Source of the DNA: Macrostomum lignano
Taxonomy: Eukaryota
Length of the DNA: 64,000 nucleotides
NCBI GenBank assembly: GCA_002269645.1
Contig: NIVC01003703.1
Location: 1 to 64,000 of the forward strand
Direction: 5' to 3'
Below are positions 1 through 13,200 of this stretch, one piece after another (position 1 is the stretch's first letter; every line of letters begins with the position of its first letter). The position numbers and the translations under genes are program-made. The notes beneath the pieces were generated by a model. It saw nothing but the letters and a program-made list of their open reading frames with translations, had not been told where the DNA came from and made no database searches.

Positions 1-279
1 AAGTCGAACGTTAAGCACAGCGAAAAAATTAAGACGAAAAGAGAGGCGAAGAAAGAGTAAAGCGCGCTTAGAAAGACCAATGTGCGCATTTATGTTATAC
101 GGCTTATGAATTGGTTGCCAATACCTAAATCGCGAGGTATCGGAGCGTTAAAACAAAGATTAAGATAGAGAAAATAAAAAGGGCCTTTTGTTTTATCAGT
201 CCAACTTTGTCGCAGCCATCGCGTGAGAGCCAGTTACAGTTTGCCTAGCCTATCAGTGCATCAGGCGTCAACTTCGCCA

Positions 280-2482
280 TCAGTGCTTGCATTTGTAGAT
301 GACCACGCCCAGGCCAATGACGCCGAGAATCGGGCTCAGGCCGATAACCAGGGCGAGGCCGATTGGCACGGCGATGACTATACCGGTGGCCTCTAGGACT
401 AGAATATTCAATGAGACAAGGGAATTGGAGCGAATAAAGATTAGAGTGCAGATTGTGTTGGGGCTAACTATAACACCTACTCGGCGGCGAACGAAGTGAT
501 CGAACTCTAACGCTGCTAGCTATAGGCTGTTAGGCAAACACCAGCGTTATCGATGCAGCCATAGGCTACGAATTTGTAAATCATTGCAGGTAAACTTATT
601 GCAAGATTGGCTGCTATCGGATTGTTTAAGAATACATTTACTGGCAATACTACATGTATTCATTTAGTTCTCGAAAGGAAAATTGTTTCCAGCTATCCAA
701 ACTAAGATTCAACCGTAAAATTCTATTTAGTTATAGGCTCAACCTACCGAAGAGTGTTCCGCGGACGAGCTTGCGCAGAGCCGGTCTGCCCGGAAACAGC
801 TTCTGCTTGCAGCCGAATATGCTGAGGCGACTGCTGTGCCGACCGAAAACAAAGTTGCCAGCGCGCCAGTTCTTGCCGCACACGTAGCAGAATTGATAGC
901 TGCATCGGTTGCAGGTCATGTGATTGCAGCCTTGATTCTTCTCGATGTACACTTTGCAGGACGGACACTTGCGAGCCTTCCGAATGAACTGCGACCCGTC
1001 GAAGTAGGTCTCCAGACCCCAGTCGCGCAGCATCTGCTTGCCGCTACTGTTGGCGCTGCAGGACATATTCGGTGTGGCGGCGAGTGGCAGCGGAAGCACC
1101 AACTGAACTCGCAGCGCTGACAGCGAGTCAGCTCGCCACCGAGCCGCTTGCTGGCCTTTTCATTTGGATTTTTCGTCACCATATTGCACTGCGGGCAGGT
1201 CTTCTTGTTTGGATCGCCGTTGAGGTCCGTCAATATTTCGTAGTACCGATCAGCCCTGTCGCCAAGGAATTCGATGATCTCGCTGACGGTGAGGAAGCAG
1301 CTACAGCAGGGGCAGCGACTTCCACGGTGCGGGCATATACTTTGGTGCGGACCCACTCGTTGTAGCAGGCGTAGCAGACATGCTGCCCGCAGCAGGTGCG
1401 AGCCACCACCAACTGATCATCGAGCAGGCACAAGGAACACGTGGCAGAGCAGCGGAAGTTCATGCGCTCCAATCCACTGACCACTCCAGTTCGCGACTGG
1501 TACACCTGAAAGCACTCGGTTAGCATGCCGTGAAGCATAAAGATGTCATGATAGTTTTCCCAGCGTGTTATGCGATCGTTGATAACATTAATCTGCAGAT
1601 GCGACTGTGTTTCGGTCAGCTTTTCGTAGACCTGTCTGAAGGTGTGCGGGCGAGGCCCGTGTCAAACAGGCGCTTGTAGAACACCAGCGTGTCAGTAGTC
1701 CGAGACAAATTCACCGATTTGCTACGGCTCTCGAAGTCGTACTCGCTTTCCAGGTGATACATTAGCAAGTATTTGAAAAGCTTGAAGAGCGAAATTAAAC
1801 TGATCGAGTGAAAGTAGTCTCGCTCTTCCGACAGAAAATTCTGCAGCGCCTCAAGCATAATGAGATGCTCTTCCGAGTCGTCATTGAACAGGGCAGCGTG
1901 TTCAGGAAACAGAAGTATCTTTGCAGAACGTTCCGACCCTGAAGCCGAATCGGATCCTTCGACATTCACTGGCATATCCCGAGTTGCCTCGCTAGATGTG
2001 TCGCTCGCAAACCTGCGTCTGACGGGATCCATGGGCAATGGGCTTGACGTTCGACTGGAAGTCCGACTCGGGGGCTGACTCGAGGATTGAACCGCATCCG
2101 CCTCCCTAACAACACTGGAAGTGCCAGGTTCAGCCTCCGCCTCCTTGCTGCTCAGCGACTTGAGTTCGCTAAAATACTTCTCGGTGAGCCGGGCGAAGAT
2201 CTCACGATCCTGACTAGATAGCGATAGCTTCCTAGATTTGTTGCATACCCACATTTTAAGGCGTTCCAGCGCCTCCTCTGTGTCCTGCTTAGCAAGAACA
2301 TCCAGCTGTTCTAGGTCTAGATCATCAGCTAGCTCTTCGTCCGACGCACTGTCCGACTGATCGGAAACAGTGGCTGTGTCCGGATTCAGCTGAGTTACTT
2401 CGTTTTCGACAGTCTGATCGCAGCCATCTGCTACGCGAATTTCTTGCAGCGACAGCGACACTGGCTCCTCCTCTGTAGTCAT
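280..2482 (-). CDS. RNF217: RBR (RING1-IBR-RING2) E3 ubiquitin ligase with C-terminal TM helix, RNF217/RNF144-like; exons 2482-748 and 392-280 (alternative acceptor 398); needs three +1 corrections (~1649, ~1317, ~1071), ~616 aa
   Basis: Consecutive overlapping ORFs give RING1 (CSLC...CCGQHVCYAC...RCPCCSC), IBR (KTCPQC...RCQRCEFSWCFRCHSPPH) and RING2 (RKCPSCKVYIEKNQGCNHMTCNRCSYQFCYVC). Donor G|GTAGGT at 747 leads to a last exon ATGIVIAVPIGLALVIGLSPILGVIGLGVVIYKCKH*, a hydrophobic tail anchor. The corrected exon length (1738 nt) gives the phase-1 junction that the last exon needs. Confidence 0.85.
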
Positions 2483-4358
2483 ATCTGTCTGTTGAATAGA
2501 TATTTGCTGAGCACTGGTGCTTATCCTACTAGCTTTATGTGCGTTGCGTATGGCGTATTAAATACGTGTTTCGTGTACGCAATACCGCTAAGTCTAGTTG
2601 GTAAGAACCGTGCGCGCGTCGACTTTACACTGTAGCAAGGCGGTGAGAGAAGAGAGAGGGTTTATATTCTCTTTCTGCCCTCTCTACCCTCTCTTCGTGC
2701 CCCAAGCAAAGCCCTTTCCACTGCGGCCCTCCTCGTCCCTGCAATATTGCATCTCGTTGGCATGCCAACAGCGCGCCCAGCCCTACTTCTATTTCTTACC
2801 CAATGTGCAATCTGAGTACATGCATGTACGCTCGTAGCAGTTCCAATGGGCGGGTGCACCTCACCCTCACCCACTCAGATGGGCATACGGAATAGTTTAA
2901 CCAACCTCCCCTCCCATTGCCAAATTTTTGGCGTCAAACGTCATTGCAGTTTCAGATTGTTGAAAGAGTTACGCACAGAGTTAAAATTAGAATCGCGCCT
3001 ATACGTCAGTGCGGGGCCACGCTGGCCTCACTTTCCGGGTCTGGTGTTCACTGTTTTTATTCCCAAAATAGTTTTCCGCTTACCCTTCTTTCTGTCACTT
3101 AAAAGTCTGGATGTACAGTCCGACTGCTAAGTGTGCTCGGAAACCCAGCTGACCACACATTCGAATTCGAATAAGCTTAGCCAAGACAAGAGAAGACAGA
3201 ACTCAAGAGGGCCATTATATGCTCCACCAATGCAGCTGGAATACGCCACTACGCAGAGCTCACAATGTGCCTCTGTCCCTAATACCAACTAGACTTTGCA
3301 TTTCTTCAAGTAAGCAAGAAAAGAGTAGCCTTAGTCCAAAACCCTAATGCTGTCATTTTCTGTGACTTCTTTTCTGTGAGAACAACGAACACAGAACCCG
3401 TACGAATTGTTGCCCGTGAACTATAATACTTCAGTAGAACACTTCTGCTGTACCCTTGCGTCTCTCTCTCCCTGTGCCAAAGGAAATTCGACCGTAGACT
3501 GGCACTGTTGTCGCTTCTTCGCTTCTCGTCTTTATTCTTGGCCACATGCATAAAAAGTGTAGCTAAAAGCCTCGCAACTTGCGCACATGCAGGGCAGCTT
3601 GTTGGAATTGCTTTTCGTGTGGGCGTTTTCTATGGATATCATGTCCTGAAGATTGTGAAAGAATTTTGCCGAGTTGTCTTTCTTGGCTTTAAAAAATGCC
3701 AATAAATGTAAAAATTACACACGCAAGCCCAAATACGTGTACAGAGTGTGTAAAATTCATGTAAAATTGAGTCTATCTCTGTTTTTGCTTCCCGCAATTC
3801 AACTTGAGTTCAATTTACGAGAGAGAGAGAGAGTGTACAAAACAATTTGCACATATACAATTCGTATGGGTATTTTTAATTTGACACAAAAATGCTAGTG
3901 AAATAGCGCAGTTTTGTCTGTAGAAGGGAATTATTAAAACTATTTCTAAATTAAAATTCATGCTTCTATTGTAAATTAGTCATAATAGCATTATATCAGC
4001 ATATAGTCTGGGGATTTTTAAAGTATTCATACACATAATGTACTGAACGCATACTGAAATGCTCAGGATTACTGTCAAAGTTCAAATTACACCCAATAGA
4101 CAGCTTCAGCTAAACGGTTTGCCTGGTCATATGTATCTATTAAAATGTATCCTGCATCTGCATGTACACAGTACATCGTTAAAAATCGCGCAAATTTTGT
4201 GTCATATAATTGCAGCCAGCAAAAGGTTTGATTGTTTCAGTTGATTCAAATGTATACCCATAAAAATAATTTTATTATTTTTCTAAGTATTTTCTTTCTG
4301 CTTCTAATTGCTTCGCGAATTACAGCTTGTTAGCATCTTTATACTCATGTAGAACAGC

Positions 4359-4531
4359 CAGTAGCGCAACCAGAAATTTGTGGGGGCGGCTGATTCTGGA
4401 GGGTAAGACGGTTAAGACCCAAGGGGGGGGGGAATGGGCCACGGGGCTGCTCTGTTTTTTTGTGAAGATTTGCTTGGCCCCCCTTTGATTTTTTTCTGGT
4501 CTCCGGCCGCCCCATCCTGATTGCGCCACTG
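4359..4531. mobile_element. hAT-like MITE, 173 bp
   Basis: TIRs CAGTAGCGCAACCAG / CAGTGGCGCAATCAG (13/15 match), internal GGGGCGGC inverted motif, GC-rich island in AT-rich DNA. The 8-bp flanks match only 5/8 (AGAACAGC vs AGTACAAT). Confidence 0.65.
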
Positions 4532-4803
4532 AGTACAATAGTACTTTACTTTAACACGTACTTAGGCTATCTGTCAGGAATCATCATACTTAGTCATGTT
4601 CAATTTAAAAATGACGCCAATCCGAAGTATTAAATATGTACACAGTATAACAATGCATGTTAACAAACAAAATTAATATCTCGCTTTTAGCAATAATTAT
4701 ATTTAAAAAATATGAAAAGTAACAACAAATTAGACTTACATTACTAAAAACTTTTCAGTCATTATTATTCCATATATGCACCGGAAATCGAATGAGTGGA
4801 CAG

Positions 4804-5948
4804 GGGCCCGTGCCATAGAATCTTAACTCTTAACTCTCTACTTACTCATACTCTTAACTCCTAAATCCTTAAGAGTGTCCTAACTCCTAGCTCCTAGCTG
4901 GCTTTTCTGTGCTATAGAATCAAGAGTAAATTTTAAGAGCTAGGAGGCTCCTTAAGGACGTTAGGAGACTCCTGGGTGAATTTAGGAGACCTCATTAAGG
5001 TCCGTGGCATGCTATAGAATTAGGTTAGGAGAGGAAGTCTAGGAGCTAGGAGTTGGCTTTTAGGAGTGATTCTAGGAGCGTGTGTCCTATAGAATGAGAA
5101 AATTTCGCTCCCAACTCTTGACTCCTAAGCAAGAGTTCAAGGGTCAATTTTCACTTTTAGACAAGCTAGGATTATAATGTTTTCGGACAATTCTTTGATA
5201 ATTAGACTGGTGTATTATTTTCTTTATTGATATTTACAAGTATACATGTACATTTAGACTTCTTACTTTTAAATTTGACCATGCATACTTTTTTGTGACT
5301 ACTACAATTACAGTACATGTACATGTATACTCGTACATGTATGTATTAAAGCGTGGTATTTAATACTGAAGAAATCAATGATTTTGAATGCAGCTAGGCC
5401 TATCTGGTAACAAAGTAAAAATTACTAGAATGCAACTATTATTTATTATTATTACAGCATTTGATACTCTTCTGCATTGCTTGGTCAACACATAATAAAA
5501 CGAGTAAATACGCTAAGTATAATTTATATAGGCAGTCACAGATGTGTTTCATATTATGCTATTAATGGTTATCATAAATTGGCACTGCTTAGTTGTTATA
5601 AATTTGTACTAAATGCACCAAAGAGAACCTCATTGCGTGCAGCGATGGCTCTCACAAATGATATTTTTTGAGCAATTTGCATTTTCACTCCTGAGATTCA
5701 ATCTTTAAAGACCATAAAGTTAGGATTGTGATATAGCACACAATTCTCTATCATCCTTAAACAATTGTGCAACACTCCTTGAACACACCCCCACTCCTAG
5801 GCTGCACTCCTTGCAAGAACTCTTAGCTCCTAACTCTTAACTCCTGAAATCTTTAGCATACAAAATTCAATCACTCCTTGTCAAGAGTATTCTTGAGTCC
5901 TAGTTCGTAGCTCCTAACTCCTAACTCCTGATTCTATAGCATAGGCCC
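4804..5948. mobile_element. Non-autonomous PIF/Harbinger-type DNA transposon, 1145 bp
   Basis: 19-bp TIRs GGGCCCGTGCCATAGAATC / GGGCCTATGCTATAGAATC (16/19), exact 3-bp TSD CAG (4801-4803, 5949-5951), subterminal CTCCTAA/CTCTTAA repeats, no ORF. Confidence 0.75.
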
Positions 5949-6761
5949 CAGTGAAGCAAACCATGTACAACATTCTCACATTGAGTGATATCAAAAAATG
6001 TGTCTAAGGCTAAGGCAATTTTTAACTTTAGAATTGTTCATATAACTTCTTGCTTGCAGCCTAGTTGATCTTATAAGCACTCGATTATATCATGCATTGT
6101 CATGCCATAGCCTAGGCATCAGCCAGCATGCAGCAATGGATAGACCTAGCCCTAGACCTAAGTAATTAGCAGTCCCAGTTCTTACATTTTCAATACATGA
6201 CAACAATTGTTTGATAAATGCATTAGGCGTAAGCCATTATAAGCAATTCCTTGTCACATGCTATGACCCCTGATTTATTGCATTATTTAGCTATTTGACG
6301 ATCCTACAAGCAATGCATTTGTTCTGCACAAAAATTGTCAAATTGCTAGGTAATTTATCATTTTGCCTTTCTGTAACTACATAGTATAAAGTGTAAAGGC
6401 ACAGGCACTTATAAATCTCAACCATATGATTAAAAATAAAATTTCACAAAAATGTAATAGTTGAACACAACCTGAACAAAGCAACAAAACAAAAAGCAAA
6501 AGAAAGAAATTCAATAAGGGGTAATATTTGCAATTCTTATTGGTTTCAAGCATTTTTTTTCTTTTATATTCTATCTACAAAGTATAATCTATGTAGATAG
6601 ACAGAAATTGTATCATGTGCCAATTCTAGTTGCTAATGCCTATATTTAGGCCCTATTGATAATTATATCTGCAATTGCCAATTGTTGCCTTAGTCTAGGG
6701 CCTAATTGGTTATTGGTTTTTTGCTAATCCTAAAATGCAAAATCGCATCCAACATCCAGAT

Positions 6762-8575
6762 ACTATAGGGCCACCATTTTATCTCCTTGTTCAAAAAAAC
6801 AAGCAAAACTTCAATTGAAACACTTTAAGAAAAATTAGTGCTTACAGAAATTCAATTCAAACAAAGTCCTTTTCTATTAAAATAGAAGAACTTCAATTTA
6901 GACTATCTATGGCCAAAACTGTCCCTGAGTGACAGGCATGCACAAATTTGAAATTCAAAAGAAACAAAGTCACATTCTATTTCAACAAGTTTATATACAT
7001 AGATACAAATACATTTTTAGTACATTAATCTAACTTTTTGTTTTTCTTATACTGCAGAACTGTACAATTGTTGCTCAATGAGAAATGATATCAATGCTGA
7101 AGATCAGATTGAAGAAGACAATGAATTGTTGGAAAAAGATAAAATCAATAAATTTGAAGCAGAATTTGATAAAGATACATATTATGGAACAGCAGCCTTG
7201 TCAGTATGCTATTCTAAGTAATAATGACAAAAACCATATCATCAAGGCTGCTGAACATAGGGATGACTTTGTGGAACTGGCGCGCCAACTTGGAATCAAG
7301 AGGTCAATGGCGTACACAATTGTAAGGTCAGGGAGAGTGGAAAGCAGCCCAAAGGTGGAGCCAAATGATTCAAGTGGGATTAAAAATGCAGGCCTACAAC
7401 TTAGTCTCATCAAAGCAAATCTGCTTTATCATTCTAAAAGAAATGAATGCTAATCTATGCCAGCAACTCCTAGAAAAGCTGCATGTAACAGAGAAAATGA
7501 TCAGCATTAAGCTTGATAGAGCTCTGTACACCACTAAGATCTCCTGCAGATTGCAACTCCTGTTATATGATCAAAGTGAGGAGAGAGTTTTATAAGTGGC
7601 TTTGTTCTGTTGATGTTATATCTGGTTACAAGATTTTCATTGATGAATTTGGCTTTAATATGTAGATGAGACAATCAATAGGATGCTCTTGATGTAGTAA
7701 ATGCATATATAGGCAAGTGGCTATTCAGAAGGGACTTTAAGTTACAATCTGCTTGGCCATTTGTCCAGGTGTTGTGCACTACCAAATTTATGATAAGGGC
7801 ATGACTAAAGAGAAGTTTAATGAGTTCCTGCAGATCACCATTGGCAACTTCCAAGCTGAGTTCCCAGTCTTGTGTTTTTATGTTGTCATCAACAATGTAA
7901 GTTCTTACCATATTGATAGTTGATACTGAAGACTTACGAGATTCTGGACACCATTTAGGTCAAGTAGCTTCCACCATACAGTCCATTTTTGACTCCTATA
8001 GAGAACTTAATCTCTTGTTGGAAGGCTGCTCTGAAGAGAGAACTGGCAGCAGACTAGCAAGAGTTCATTGCTCCAACAGCTGAGCAGCATGGGAATCAGT
8101 CAATGGTGGCCTATTGGCAAGACATTCTGTACATAGTGGACAGAACCATTGGCTGCATCTTTGCAGACAAGTGCAATGAGTGGTTCAACCATGTGTTTAC
8201 ATATGTCCCATTGCTGCCTTGATAGACGGGCAATTGATGGTTAGGTGTTGCAAGTTGGCCAATTAACACTGTCTTGTTCTTGTTTTTCATTTACTCTTAG
8301 GTTTGTCAATTTATTATGTTTTATCTCTTGAGTCTCTGTCAAAATAGAATATGACTTTGTTTTTTTGAATTTCAAATTTGCGAGTGCACGTTTCTTGGGG
8401 ACAATTTTGGTCATAGACAGTCTGAATTGAAGTTCTTTTGTTTTAATAGAAAGGGACTTTGTTTGAATTGAATTTCTGCAAGGGCTAATTTTTCTTAAAG
8501 TGTTTGAATCAAAGTTTTGCTTTTTTCTTTTGAATAAGACTTTGTTCAAAATAGGACATCAAATGGTGTAGTATT
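6762..8575 (+). mobile_element. Decayed Tc1/IS630-like DDE transposon with long (~230 bp) imperfect inverted repeats; transposase pseudogene ~7180-8230
   Basis: ~6762-6990 is the reverse complement of ~8340-8575. Between them are an HTH-like piece (DFVELARQLGIKRSMAYTIVRSG), IFIDEFGFN (~7634) and LPPYSPFLTPIEN (~7968), interrupted by stops and frameshifts. Confidence 0.7.
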
Positions 8576-9204
8576 AAAAATGTGATAAATTATAAAAATA
8601 AAGATTATGTTAAACTTTGACTTTTGTTGATAGAAATAAGTATCTTGAGTAATTTTATTTAGTATTCAAAATTTAGGATACCAAACTAGCATTGATTTAG
8701 TGCCTCCTATTAAAGGACCCAACAAAATATTTTTTAATAAACTTGTGTAGCTTCTAAGCTATCAGCCTTGAAATCTTAGCATTTCCTCCTAGTAGGCCTA
8801 AACCTTTTATATATCTTAGCAATTCCCTCTATAAACTTTGAAATCTTACCAATCCTCCCTTTCCCTAAGCTTTAACATCCAAATAGCAGTTATAATCCAT
8901 TTTTGTCATTTACTAAATAATATTTTTTCATTATGATTATGACTATATCTATATAATTTTATTTATAGACACCTATAGTACAATGAGTATTTATGGCAGC
9001 TACAAATATAATATGCCTATGGAAATTATTGACTGTGGTTTAAAGCTTTAATTATTAGAAAAGTTAAAATCAACAAAATGCTACAAATATGTATATATTA
9101 GTTAATAAGATTAAGATCCAAAGAACTGTTTCAAAAAATTCACAAAAGTAGTTTTGTTATATAATATATAATTATAATGGTGGCCATATTATATTCAAAT
9201 AATA

Positions 9205-9957
9205 TAGCTTTTTGCAGCCCATTTGGGCTAACACACATTTAATTTAATCCAAGATATGTTTGCCAATGTAATGGAGCTTTTGTCTATGGTAGCAAGGCTG
9301 GCACAGCGGCATTTCATTTGGTCCAACAAGCATCAGTTTAGTCCATAGTTTCATTTGCAACTGCTGCGGAGGAGCTAGATCAGCCCCAGAATTGTGAATC
9401 ATACGCTAGGCTGTCAAACGAATGCCATTGACTTGTGATCGAAGCACTCGACAGAGGTGAACACCCAAAGGCTGCTGAATGTAAAAGAAAAGATGGTTTT
9501 CAGCATCCATCAGCGCGTTGAAAATCTGCCGGCAGAGATCGCCTGCGAAAGGGTAGCAATCGCCAAGGCAAGTTGCTCGAGAGCCTCAGGTCCAACTGCT
9601 GCTCGATGTAGTTGAGACGAACCCTTTGTTGACGGTGCAGAAAATGCAGCAGAAGTTGAAGGAACAGTTCTAGTTGGTTATCAGAGTTCGGCTATCAGCA
9701 GAGCTCTGGAAAAGCAACAGAAAATTGTCGGTAGAGACGCTGACATTCTAGCGGTACGCAACAACCCGCAGACGGTAGCGAGAAGGCAGGAGTTTGCCAA
9801 ATGGCTCACGAGCATTTGGACCAAATTGATGCTTGTTGGATCAAATTAAATGCTGCTGTGCCAGCCTTGCTACCATAGACAAAATCTCCGTTACACTGGC
9901 AAACGTATCTTGGATTAAATTCAATGCGCGTTAGCCCAAATGGGCTGCAAAATGCTA
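9205..9957. mobile_element. Foldback/internally rearranged Tc1-like element with ~142-bp inverted arms and TA flanks
   Basis: 9205-9346 matches the reverse complement of 9817-9957 (~90%), with TA on both sides. The interior contains RNNPQTVARRQEFAKWL, which resembles the pre-DDE segment of IS630/Tc1 transposases. Confidence 0.65.
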
Positions 9958-10277
9958 TACAATGGCTATCAGTCTATCACTATCTAGATCTACTTTAGTT
10001 TATAGCAACTATAGTTAAATATGTAACTTATAGCCTCTGTGAATGCCTATGGAATAACTGCTTTTATAGCTACAAAACTACAGAAATATGGTGATTTAGA
10101 AAAAAGCTGTTAGTCTTGCCTGACTAGGCTTATGGTAGAAGGACCTGTATTATAATGGAAGGCTAGTGAACAGTATCTACTTGTTTGCTAGTTAATTGCA
10201 ATACATTTTGTACATATTGTAAATTCAAATTCACACTGAAGTAAACAAAGAAATTACTCAATTCACTGCAGAGTTTT

Positions 10278-13200
10278 ATGCGCAGCCAGCAGTCAAACAA
10301 CACAAGCCTGTACACCCTGCTGCAGTCCCGTCGAGCTCCAGCGCACTCTATTGGCAGCCAAACCGCCATAACGCCAGGCAAATCCCAGGATCGCATCACC
10401 CGGCACGCGCAGGCCAATCATTATCTACCAACCGATGCGCCAGTGTCCTTCCTTGATAGTCGTAGCAGTCCGGCCAGGCCGAAGCCTTCCAGTAAGCCGA
10501 ATTCGTTGAAAGCGGCCAACAATCTGGCCGTGTCGGCCGCCTCGCTCGACCAGCCGTCCGTAGCAGCAGCGTCCGGTCCGGCCGCCGAGTCCTCTTTAGG
10601 CAGCTTGGAGCTGCTGAGCTCCCGCCTGCAGACCATGATGGCAGAGAGACGCGACGAGCTCAACAAGGAAGCGGCCTACCTGCTCAAATGCCAGGTGGCA
10701 GCGCCTGGCAGCGCCGACGTCAATAGCGAGAACGCTCCGGCGCCGCCTCCGCGTCGACAAAGCGCCGCAGCGCACAATCAGAAAAAGCAAGAACAGAAAT
10801 CTGACAGCTCGCGTCTAAGCCGAAGCCGATCAGCCGATGACACTTTAAATCTGTCCGACGATATTGACGTTGAATTAAACGAGAGCGTCTCCAACGATTG
10901 TGTACTTGATGAAGGCGCAAGACCGTCTGGCGCCGGCAGCCTGGCGCCAATCAGGTCGGCGAAGCAGCCTAGCAGCGTTGGCGAATCCAGCGGCGGCAAG
11001 AGAGGAACATTCGGCTTCCTCAGCCGGTTCAGATCCGGCCAGCAGCAGCAGCACCGTCAGGACGGCTCCTCCGGCGCCGCCGCCGCCGCCACCGCTTCTC
11101 CGAAAAAGTCGCACAGTACGCGCTTCCCCAGCTTCAGAAAACTGTTGCGAATGCCTAAAAAGATCAAACGATCGCCGCTTGATGAGAATAAATTTCAGTC
11201 GACGGATTCAAAGAATGAGGCGGCGACTGTTGTGCCCGATGGAAATGGAGGTTAGTCATCTGGGAGGGGGCTGTCGTTTCGTATTCTTTGAATTTCATAC
11301 CGGTATTCCTAAGATTTTAATTATTTAATCTCTGAACTCCCAATGCCCACCTGAAAGACTGAGATTAGTATCCCAATGCTCACCTCAAAGGACCACTTTT
11401 AGAATTCCAATGTCCACCCCGAAGGCCAGGATTAGAATTCCAATGTCCACCCCGAAGGCCAGGATTAGAATCCCAATGTCCACCCCGAAGGCCAGGATTA
11501 GAATTCCAATGTCCACTCCGAAGGCCAGGATTAGAATTCCAATGTCCACTCCGAAGACCAGGATTATAATCCTAATGTCCACTCCGAAAGACCAGGATTA
11601 GAATCCTAATGTCCACTCCGAAAGACCAGGATTAGAATCCTAATGTCCACTCCGAAAGACCAGGATTAGAATCCTAATGTCCACTCCGAAAGACCAGGAT
11701 TAGAATCCCAATGTCCACTGGGATGGACCTTAATTAGAACTCCAAAATGTCTACCACAAATGACCTTGACTGGAATCCCAATAAGCGCTATAAGCTAAAT
11801 AATCAGAGAGAATTTAATTACTTAAAGCTATTGCTTAGCGCTAATCCATAAAATTTCGTAGAGAAGTTTTAAGCCGGCATCCTGTTTTAAAATCTCAGAC
11901 GGTCGGTGATTAATAAATAAAGCAGCGTATAGTTTAAAGAAAATTTTGCAACAGAAATAGTTTTTTTTGTTTTAGTCGCACGACTGAACAGGCCGTCTGC
12001 TGGCTGCAGATTTGATACACACAGAGATGCATGGGTGTTCACCTCGCACAGGTTTCACTACATTTGCTTAGTCAGTGGAACTTCCGTTAAGCTCTCTCGC
12101 TCTCTCTCTCAGTCGCGGCTTGTGTAGCAAAATTTTACTTTGGGTATCCTTCGAAACTAGTTCCAACCATACTCGTATAAATGGAAAGTGGTTCATCTGG
12201 TTCGCAAAATTGTCGCCTTACATGTATACAGTTGCGGGGATGCACTTGGAAAGCTTCAATATGGCTTTATTGGCTGGTAAGAGTAAATAGACCAATAATC
12301 AATTAAAACTACTTTAAATTATCGATACTTTTTTTCAGAGAACTACAGAACTTCAACTAACTTGGACCAAATTCAGATTGCCGGAATAAAAGTTAACAAA
12401 GTTGTTCATAACACGGACGCCATAAAAAATAGTTCTAGTTCTATTTTTTAAACCTTCACAAGCTGGTTGCCGATACAGAACAATTCAAGCAAACTAATGC
12501 CTTTTGAAGGTCATTTCCTACCAATATTATTTTTATCTCTGTGCTGTAGCTGAGGAGAAACTCCGCGAAGCTTTTAATTAACCAAAAGAGACTGCAGATA
12601 ATAGATTTTTTTCGATGTGCCGCGATTCAATGATGGAGAAGCTGCGATAAGATACTCGCACTGGGGTATAGAAGTCCAAGCCCTCATCGCGTATTCCCGG
12701 CCAGTCAGGTTAATAATTAAGTCGATCAGGTCGGGAATGCCCCGTTCTCTGCAACAGCAGCAGCCACTGCCACAGAACTGCATTAGGTCATAGACAATAA
12801 AGCCGATCAAAGCCGCTGTCACAGAACTGCACTCGGCCATAGACAATAAAGCCGATCAAAGCCGCTGTCACAGAACTGCACTCGGCCATAGACAATAAAG
12901 CCGATCAAAGCCACTGCTACAGAGCAGCTCTCGGCCATAGACAATAAAGCCAATCAAAGCCACTGCTACAGAGCAGCTCTCGGCCATAGACAATAAAGCC
13001 AATCAAAGCCACTGCCACAGAACTGCACTCGGCCATAGACAATAAAGCCAATCAAAGCCACTGCCACAGAACTGCACTCGGCCATAGACAATAAAGCCAA
13101 TCAAAGCCGCCACCACAGAGCTGCTCTCAGCCATAGATAATAAGGCCGATCAATGCCGCTGTCACAGAACTGCACTCGGCCATAGACAATAAAGCCAATC

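Noticed and set aside
3130-3310. Non-coding first exon of DLGAP (donor CAA|GTAAGC at ~3309)
   Set aside because: Plausible, but supported only by one donor-like hexamer; needs transcript data.
12598-12792. Open frame after a CTGCAG acceptor (IIDFFDVPRFNDGEAAIRYSHWGIEV...) as an extra DLGAP exon
   Set aside because: It is phase 0 whereas the upstream exon ends in phase 1, no homology was recognised and it runs into a stop in the array.
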